This document shows positions 1 to 7,759 of a DNA stretch of 10,999 nucleotides, in pieces. Source of the stretch: Azolla caroliniana (taxonomy: Eukaryota > Plantae > Polypodiophyta); assembly GCA_043228905.1 (NCBI GenBank), contig JBHGNT010001202.1, forward strand, positions 1 to 10,999, given 5' to 3'. Position 1 is the first letter of the stretch. The number at the start of each line of letters is the position of its first letter. Made by a program: the position numbers and the translations under genes. The notes under the pieces are model-generated. The model had not been told where the DNA came from and did not search any database. It saw nothing but the letters and a program-made list of their open reading frames with translations.

Positions 1-15
1 CCCCCCCCACCCCCC

Positions 16-48
<33 letters not shown>
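1..48. repeat. Poly-C tract (poly-G on the minus strand), truncated by the window edge
   Basis: 46 of 48 bases are C. Confidence 0.95.
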
Positions 49-50
<2 letters not shown>

Positions 51-2505
51 ATGTGACGAAGCTTATATGAGGAACCTTTGTAGCCTACATAAAGCACTGT
101 GTTTCAATATTCCATTATTCTAGCAATAATATCTCATGTTCTATACTAGGATTGGGGAATTCCTAATTGTTGGACCTCCTCAATTAATCTAATCTCGCCC
201 CTTTCCTATGCACATTTCACTTAGAGCTTCTTGATTTGATTTAAAAAGCGCATGATTTCGTCATTGTTCACGCTTCCATAAGTCAAGTAGAGTTGGTTTG
301 GAGGAGACATCAAATCTAGAACAGTGACAACTTAAAAAGGACTCGTCCAAGAATTTCCTAAATTCCTGTTACTCATCAATATGTTAATGTTATAAGTTAT
401 AACATATCATTTTTTTCTTCTCGTGATATTGTTGGATTCATGAAAGAGATTTGATGTGCCTCACATCTTTTGAATTCCAAAGTGTATTAAAAAGAAATAG
501 ACATTTAAACATAAGCCATCTTCTACTCATAAATCTGAAAACACACGTTTCTCGAAAAGAAATACAAAGAATAAACGATCGAGGAGATCCGTTGCTATAA
601 TCTTAATCCAAGACCAGCAAGTAAGGTTGTTCCCATGGCTTCGTCTTTTCCTTTAGTAGTTAAAGTGGTGATCCTATTCGTGGTACTACTTTTTATTGTC
701 AAGTTATTAAATAAATTTAAGAGTGTATATAACATTATTTCATTTCGCTAAGATTTGAACCTATGTTCCAAAATGATTTATTGGAATGTTTACACAGGTT
801 GAATATGCGAGTAGATGTGCGACTTTCCCCGTCAATATACTCAGCATATTGTAAAGTGAGATATTCCTTTCGGCAATCATGGAGTTCATGTTTCTCAATC
901 AATAAACATAAAGACTATTGCAAGAGACTAAATCGATTATGGTTTACATTCATATGATGTACAAATTCTTTACGCTCGCTATCATTTGCACAACTTTATG
1001 CTCGCCAATTGTGTTTTTTCGACGGACTCAACATTCGCAACAAATCAAGATGTGAAGGGTGACATTATCCAACATACTACAACAAATCAAAATGTGATGG
1101 TGTCATTGTTGTAGGAAAAGATGTTGCGAGTTTCTTTCCCCACCATCACCATAATTCGTGAAACATTGTTTGATGAGCTCTGTGTTATTGTGAGGTTATA
1201 ATACGAACAACAAGGAGCCAACTATATAATACATCAAATTTAAAATACCAAAAGCATTCAAAATATCTTCATGCAATATTGTGGTAACAAACTATCTACC
1301 TTAACCTTTTGTCAAGTATATAATAGATGAATAATGTTTGTCGGTATGAGGGAGACGCTTACATATATATATCTCTCTTTCTCTCACTGTATATTTTTCT
1401 TTAGTAATCCAAGGACATTAGTACAAATCACTATGCAAAATTTAGAGTTGTACGCGTAACTTTGTAGTCAATGGGAGGCAAGTTTGTCAATTCAGTTCCC
1501 TCTCTCTACACATTAAAGTTCCAACGGGATCCGCTTATCCTTTGCACATGTCCATGCTTCATTATTAAGTTTTATTAGATCCTACAAGATCCTCCTTGCC
1601 CATACCTACCCATTCTAATGAAACTATCAATCTATCCAAAGCCCTATTTAATAAATTCATCAATCATTGTCAATCCAATGCTTTGCACATGTTAGTATGG
1701 TTGTCTAAAAGAGATTCCTATGAACACACTATGAGTTACATTTATTCTGACTTTAACTTCTTTCCTAGGATCTTACATCCGATTTTTCCAATCTTTAGAT
1801 TGTAACTACCATTCATTTGGATATTTGCATATTTTGGTATTAGTATTAATTGTTAACATCTTATTATATCTAATTTTGGAGGCCCTTAAGTGTTTGTTCT
1901 TAATTACTGTAAAAATAATGGCACGTTCATTAGGTTAGTAACTATAAAACCCAATTCGCCAAGGTTGGGACATCATATTTGAGTGGCCAAAGTGAGCCAT
2001 GGGAACATAAGAGCATAGATGACCTCAACATTGAATGTTTGGTATGTGTACCTTTTCTTTGGGTATTTACATATTTGGATGTACGTATTCAAACATTACA
2101 ATCAAATCTCCACAATTTATTGTATCTAATTTCCTAGGCTAATATTTACCAACACACTCTACTATCTTGACTCTCACACTACATAGATAAGGGGAATCAA
2201 GTCGATGTTCCATGCAACATTCATTACGTGCTATGTCTCCTACACGTACTGTGCTATGTAGATTAACGGGATGTGACGTTGACAACACCCTTGAATTGAT
2301 ACTTCACCATTATGAGGGAGGGAAAAAAAGTAGGGGAAGGAGAGGTGAGAGCACAAGGTTAGACATGTAGGCACGAGTAGTGAATTGTGTGAGTGATTGA
2401 GAGGGCCTTCCTCCATAGCCTCCCTCAAGCGTGTGGAACAATGAGTTTTTCCTCCCCTTCACTTTTTCCTTCCCATTTCTTAGCATTGCATTTCACAAGG
2501 CAAAA

Positions 2506-2991
2506 ATGCTCACGTCTTGCGAGAAATGTTGGTTTTGTTGAGCAAATGTTAAGTGCACATTGGCAATCTTAAACAAAAATCAGAAAAAGGTCTTGTATTG
2601 TGAGTGTATAGCATCAAACCCATTGCTTGACATGTTGCACACGAAAGAGCAACACTTGCACTACGACATCATGTTTACATACCCACCTTTTATGATGAAT
2701 CTACAAGGATTGTTTCATGAAGACCAAATATGCACACAGCTCACTCAAATGCGGTAGAATGCTTTCGGAGCAGCCATTGGTAAAAAGGTGTTAGAGGCTA
2801 TGTATCGTGGTTAGCACATCATGTCTTTCGTTGAAACCCTAGAGATATAGAAGAAGACAACTTGGAAAAATATTCTTGAAGCCATGGCCACACGGAGTCC
2901 TTATGAGATGCCGAAAGTTGTAGAAACCTGCCCGAGCAATTGGAAGGTCTGAATGCAAAAACAGTTGGAACATTCCATGTGCTTAGAATAA
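2506..2991 (+). pseudogene. Possible decayed coding frame of unknown, perhaps TE, origin
   Basis: One frame gives 162 codons of protein-like sequence with a Cys-rich start (MLTSCEKCWFC*ANVKC...YCEC) and 5 internal stops. No family was recognised. Confidence 0.25.
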
Positions 2992-3406
2992 TTCCAATAT
3001 GGAAATGGAGTATGGCAAAGAGCTTGCTTGTGACTACATAATTTGATCATACCGAACTAAGGCAGGTAAAACCAAAGTACGAGCAGATGCAATAAGTTGC
3101 ATGTAACTTGTACTACATTTTGGTAGTAAAACATAGATCAATGTATTGTGAGGGCTCAAAAAGACCAGCAATCTAAAGCTAGAAGCCTTCTGCATACAAT
3201 AGATAATTGTTTGATGTTTCTCTAAATGTTGATATGGACCTTGTTTTGTTACATGAAAAAAATAAAATGTAGAAAACAACTAAATACAAAAAGAGCTGGC
3301 ACATTATAACCAAAAAATAAAAAAAACAATTTGTAAACACTGGATACAAATTGCAAAAATTTGGTACAATTTTCCAGAAACAAAAAATCAAGTCTTCTTG
3401 GTGAAA

Positions 3407-3487
3407 ATGGCAGACTTTTGAAGAGGATGTGTTTGTTTGTCTGTATTCATCCTATAGTTACTCTATGGCAGACTTCTGAAGAGGATG

Positions 3488-3527
<40 letters not shown>

Positions 3528-3573
3528 GTTGGTTGGTTGGTTGGTTGGTTTCATCCTGTAGTTACTCTATGGC
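3407..3573. repeat. Tandem duplication in the 3' UTR overlapping the stop codon
   Basis: Unit ATGGCAGACTTYTGAAGAGGATGT-[SSR]-TTCATCCTRTAGTTACTCT. Copy 1 is 3407-3464, copy 2 is 3465-3568, followed by ATGGC. Confidence 0.9.
3489..3550. repeat. Compound microsatellite (TTGA)8(TTGG)7
   Basis: Read directly from the sequence. Confidence 0.97.
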
Positions 3574-4445
3574 TTAAACTGAAAACTTGAGAGGTTGGGC
3601 CTCTCTATATAGTTCTCTTCCACATTAGACTTATCCTTCCTCTGAGGATACAACACACCCATATTAAGGTCTGCAACTGCTTTCAAGATGGAGCAAGCCT
3701 TGGATATGGATGCTGGCATGGTGACCCTTACAGCTCCTTCTCCTCCTTCCATATTACTCCCTTCATTGTTATCAAGACTCTCTTGCATTAGAAGAAGTGA
3801 TTGCACATCAGGGAAAAGAAATGGCTCACAAGACCTTTTATTAGTGGATCTGGATCTGGTAAGAAGCACTTCGTCTCTCGCTTGCACATCATCATATTCA
3901 GAGATATTCTCATGAACACCTCCGTCCAATGCTGATCCTCCTTGTGCTAGTGGCTGACTAAAGCTCTCTTTCTCTCTTGCGTGGGGCCGATGGTGTCTTG
4001 AATACAAGACATCGTCATCGCAAGACTCGCCTTTATGAGGATCTAGGTTTAGGTTTGAGTATTTCAGTCTATACTCTTCGAGAGCTCGGAATGCACTCAA
4101 CACACTCTTGCCACCCATAACCAAGCTTTCTGCTTTCACCTCTAGAGGGTCTTTACTTCCCACAACAAAGTCTTGTTCCAAGTCAAGCACAGCTGTTTTT
4201 ACATTGGCTTCATGGTCAATCGATCCTGTGTTTGCTTTTACAGGGCTCGTTACCTCGCCATTCGAGGTATCCTTCAGTATCTGCACTTTTTCAACACTCA
4301 TTTTCACTTGCATACTAGCATTCTCTTTCGCAATGTGTTTCAAAGGGGTGGGCTTGCCATGTGCATGATTAGTAGAATTGTTCGACATCTCCTTCAGGGG
4401 TAATCTTGTGGTCGATCTTTTTGTCCTAGTGCTTGAATCTTTGCT
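3567..4445 (-). CDS. Coding exon 2 (terminal, 292 aa plus TAG) of the same gene, containing the conserved C-terminal motifs
   Basis: The ORF has no ATG at its start and opens at a canonical acceptor TTTGCAG|AGC (AG at 4447-4446), in phase 0 with exon 1. It encodes LLTRSRS (3866-3846) and MPASISKACSILKAVADLN (3719-3663), which resemble motifs I recall from At1g65710/At5g37010-like proteins. TAG is at 3569-3567. Confidence 0.85.
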   Translation of the reverse strand, partial: SKDSSTRTKRSTTRLPLKEMSNNSTNHAHGKPTPLKHIAKENASMQVKMSVEKVQILKDTSNGEVTSPVKANTGSIDHEANVKTAVLDLEQDFVVGSKDPLEVKAESLVMGGKSVLSAFRALEEYRLKYSNLNLDPHKGESCDDDVLYSRHHRPHAREKESFSQPLAQGGSALDGGVHENISEYDDVQARDEVLLTRSRSTNKRSCEPFLFPDVQSLLLMQESLDNNEGSNMEGGEGAVRVTMPASISKACSILKAVADLNMGVLYPQRKDKSNVEENYIERPNLSSFQFKP

Positions 4446-5386
4446 CTGCAAACCTCATGAATATCATAAATCTTATTACAATCCAACAACGAAATTAATG
4501 AGCCTTGACATAGAAAAGACTAACCCAAGAATTGTGAATAATTGAACCTTTAACAAGACATTTAAAGACATGTTGGGTACATGCACATCACCAGAAATCA
4601 AGACATGTATGCCCTCTAGTATGGTTGTTGAGGTATTAAAAAATAAAGCATGGCCAGGCAAAGACAAACATAGTTGAGGAAAAGAAAAAAAAGTGAAGTC
4701 ATGTTCTAAACAAGGCTTGTATTTAAATATTTGTTTGCCACGATGCAACAGAGATGATACTTAAGCAATTAGAAAGCGAAACCATTTGGTGAAAGTTATG
4801 TCAGGGCTATTGTAAGTTCATCTCCTAAATCACATGAGATGTTGGGAATGGCACCAAATATTGATGCTGTAAGGTTGGACAAAAAAACTCTATGCTGAAG
4901 TGGTGCAGAATCAATGCCCATGATAAACATAGTTTTTTGGAATGCTTTATGTCCGGCTTAATATTTGATCTGGACAAATATTTGACATGGCCACATGCAA
5001 GGTTCGGGTATGTAAAGGTTTAGAATTTTCCAGGTTGACACATCATTCCACGAGTCAAGCGGGGGCAACTGATCCCTGCAAAGTTTCGATCTTTTGCTAC
5101 CTAGCCCCTTCAGCCTTCCCTCCCTAGTCCACACAAACTTACCTTTACATCAAATTCTACAAGATATCATCCTTGAGACCAAATGCTTTAGATGAACTAT
5201 ATATTATCACGATGACTGCTTTCCGCCCAAAATCAAATAGTATATATCACTAGAACCTAACAATGTTTCTCATCCCAAAAGACAATGCAAATCACTCAAA
5301 ACCAACAAAATCACCATGCTTCCAACCAAGTTCCTTCAGATATCATACAAAATACTTAAGAGAAAATGGAAGAGAGGGATGAAAAC
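4446..5386 (-). other. 941-nt GT-AG intron joining the two coding exons
   Basis: AAG|GTTTTC donor and TTTGCAG| acceptor, U-rich on the sense strand, and the frame is preserved across the junction (...DDMK|SKDSS...). Confidence 0.75.
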
Positions 5387-6991
5387 CTTCATATCATCCA
5401 CGGAGAGCCCAGTAGCATTGCGATCTGCATTAATCATCTTGGGAGTAGTCGACGAACAGGTATTAGTTGAGGCGGGCATGGCACCATTTATGCAAGTCCT
5501 CCTGAGAGGCGATTTCTCTTTCCTTTTGAGAGGAGATTTCTCCTTCCTTATCACAGTCTTATTGCCACTAGATGTCATGTTAGAAACCTCGAGCTCAATT
5601 TGACCTGAACTTCTCTGCACTGCAGTTCGAATCCCGCTTCTGGCACCAGAATTGTTTGAAGCATATTCTTGGCCGACTACCGGTTTATGAGCTAAGCTCG
5701 AGCTTTGATCGGCTTTAATGGAAGATGCTACAGGACGTCTGGAGGAAGAGCTAGTCATTTGCCTGTTGGCATCTGAAGAAGACAAAGACAATGGGGTGAT
5801 TTTCTTCGGTGGCGATGGTCTTCTGATATTATTCGTGGCATGAGAATCCATGTGGAACTCACGAGAGGTTATAGGTTCGGAGTCTCTACTCGAAGATCGT
5901 TTGTGAACAAATAATGCTGAGTCGGATGCATCTAAGGTTACATGCCCTGTATTCGGAGAATGTTCATTTTTAAGTGTGATCAAGGAGCGAGGTTTCTGTG
6001 CAGATAATGTGTGTAAATCCGAGCTTCCATGGCTAGATTCGTTGATGTTACTTGAGTTATATTCTGTACAGCCCTGCATCTTCCCAGAAGCATTTCTGCA
6101 GAGGCAAGGTCCTCCTCCTTCTCCATCTCCACAAGCAGAAGCATTGATGCTGGGAGATCGTCGCAGCAGTAATGGACCAGAATTATTGGTTGCAGAACAT
6201 ACTGAAGCTTTCATGGAATTCTTTAAAGAGTCTTCAGTTACAGGATCTGGAAGGCGAGAGAATGAATTGGTCCTGCTTGACACAGTCTTCCCCCTACTCA
6301 GAGTTTCACGATTTTGATCTTTGCTACCTCCAGGAAGTACTAAGGTTTGCATTTCTGAGAGCCACTGCTTCCGTGCCTCTGATGGACGAAATTTGAGATC
6401 TTTTTCATCTTCATATTCTTCTTCATCATCGTCAACATCTTCTTCCCCCAAAGTAGTATCATTTGATCTCTGCAGGGAAGCAGTGGACCTTGACGAGACA
6501 GTCTTGGTAACTATGGCAGATGGTGCTGCGGGAAGAAGGCTATGAAGGAGTGGGTTTTTACGAGGAGAAGATGCTCTGATCATCTTTTTCATGCTAGTGC
6601 TCGCAATGGCGAGCTCACCACTGTTCTTTCTGCTAGAATGTTGCAGAGAACCGACATTTGATGTCTGATCTACAGCTACACATATGGCGTCCACCTTCTG
6701 TGTAGGAGGCGGAGGTATAATAACCGAAGAGGTCTTCTGCAACTTCTCTGCAGCTATAATTAGCGATGGAGTATTTCTGTTCTGCATCTGCGAAGGTTCC
6801 ATCTTCTGCTTAGTACAGGTTTCGTGGCTTTCGTCCTTACGGATCGAAGATGGAACAGAAGCTTGTTTAACGGGATCTGTACTGGTCTGAGGCTTCATAT
6901 TGCAGCAACTATTCATAAAGCTCTGATCCTTGCAACAGGAATTGTAACCATAGACATGGGTAGGATTAGCTTTGCTGAAACAAGATCCCAT
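5387..6991 (-). CDS. Coding exon 1 (535 codons) of an uncharacterised Ser/Arg-rich, predicted lipid-anchored protein, At1g65710/At5g37010-like
   Basis: Long ORF. The ATG at 6991 is in a strong context (GCC ATG G). The N-terminus MGSCFSK fits the plant N-myristoylation/S-acylation pattern. The ORF becomes U-rich and intron-like after ...GAT ATG AAG|GTTTTC, with the donor GT at 5386-5385 in phase 0. Confidence 0.85.
5503..5549 (-). repeat. In-frame 24-bp tandem duplication encoding RKEKSPL twice
   Basis: tgagaggcgatttctctttccttt / tgagaggagatttctccttcctta, translating as IRKEKSPLKRKEKSPLRR. Confidence 0.9.
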
Positions 6992-7001
6992 GGCGTTCTG
7001 C

Positions 7002-7108
7002 TTACTTCCGCGCCATCAATTGATAAGAAACCTATCTCTGTTATCTATGTAATAAGAGCTGAATATATTCCTTCCACATCATGATCCCCACGAGATGGCT
7101 CTGATCAT
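7002..7108 (-). promoter_or_regulatory. Three short upstream ORFs in the leader
   Basis: MIRAISWGS* (7108-7079), MMWKEYIQLLLHR* (7082-7041) and MARK* (7016-7002). All end before the main ATG at 6991. Confidence 0.55.
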
Positions 7109-7299
7109 CTGCACAGAACATCAGAAATGGCTCAAAAATCATAACCTGAAATGGTGAATTTGTACAAAGCCAAACGATCATGTAGTGGCCATTAGTCCAC
7201 GAGGCAATGACCTAAAGAACTACATTCCAAGAAGAAGAAGAAGAAGAAGAAGAAGAAGAAGATGGCGATGGCGATGAGTAACCAGAAAAAGGAGTTAAC
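7109..7299 (-). other. Probable 5'-UTR intron
   Basis: Acceptor TTCTGATGTTCTGTGCAG| (AG at 7110-7109) with a CTGAT branch-like motif. Candidate donor CAAG|GTTAAC at 7299. The intron contains the (CTT)11 tract. An alternative acceptor TTTCAG|G lies at 7147-7146. Confidence 0.45.
7229..7261. repeat. (AAG)11 microsatellite
   Basis: Read directly from the sequence. It is followed by ATGGCG ATGGCG ATG. Confidence 0.97.
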
Positions 7300-7400
7300 C
7301 TTGTAATCGGGAAGGCATGGCTATGGCGAAAGAGCTGCAGGCAGCAACATGGTTTCGAAATGCATGCATTAAGCGCCTGTCTGATCAAATAGTACTGGTG

Positions 7401-7416
7401 AAGAAGAAGATGATGG

Positions 7417-7468
<52 letters not shown>

Positions 7469-7487
7469 AATGATGATGATGATGATG
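7401..7487. repeat. Compound/interrupted microsatellite (AAG)3(ATG)2GTG(ATG)16ATA(ATG)6
   Basis: Read directly from the sequence. Confidence 0.97.
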
Positions 7488-7511
7488 GAATTACTACTGA
7501 TGACCCGCCGC

Positions 7512-7633
7512 CTGAAAGAAGGAACTCATTAAATCTTTCTGTTTTGCCGCCTATTTGCTAGAAGCCTCTGAGGTGGGAGGGGAGCTATGTCTACTGTGGC
7601 CATGGCTATGGCGATGGCAGAGCTCTCTGTGAC
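7512..7633 (-). other. Possible second 5'-UTR intron
   Basis: Candidate donor CAG|GTCACA at 7633 and a pyrimidine-rich acceptor TTCCTTCTTTCAG|G at 7513-7512, giving 122 nt. Motif evidence only. Confidence 0.3.
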
Positions 7634-7662
7634 CTGTCTCATGACAAGCTTTACTGAGCAGA

Positions 7663-7671
7663 AAACCCTAA
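7663..7671. promoter_or_regulatory. Telo-box (AAACCCTAA)
   Basis: Exact plant telo-box motif in the presumed 5' region of the gene. Confidence 0.5.
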
Positions 7672-7759
7672 TTCTGTGCAGAGGGAAACAGAGACAGACA
7701 TTCGAAGATGAAGAAAAGAAAGTAAAGTCACAAAAAAAAAAAAAACAGAGCAATTAAAA

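Noticed and set aside
1-48. Functional G-quadruplex element
   Set aside because: It could form G4 on the minus strand, but it is truncated at the window edge, homopolymer lengths are error-prone, and nothing in the context supports a function.
387-405. Interrupted palindrome ATGTTATAA-G-TTATAACAT
   Set aside because: It is very AT-rich, isolated and plausibly due to chance.
3567-4451. Separate 294-aa gene starting at TTG
   Set aside because: The TTG is part of the TTTGCAG splice acceptor, so this ORF is exon 2.
5336-5386. C-terminal VFIPLFHFLLSILYDI of the 551-aa ORF as a hydrophobic anchor
   Set aside because: It is better explained as read-through into U-rich intron sequence after the donor, and would be real only in an intron-retained isoform.
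3688-7084. Nine short plus-strand ORFs overlapping the gene
   Set aside because: They are antisense shadows of the coding exons with no recognisable protein features.
7317-7532. Poly-Met ORF on the plus strand
   Set aside because: It is a by-product of the (ATG)n microsatellite and is antisense to the gene leader.
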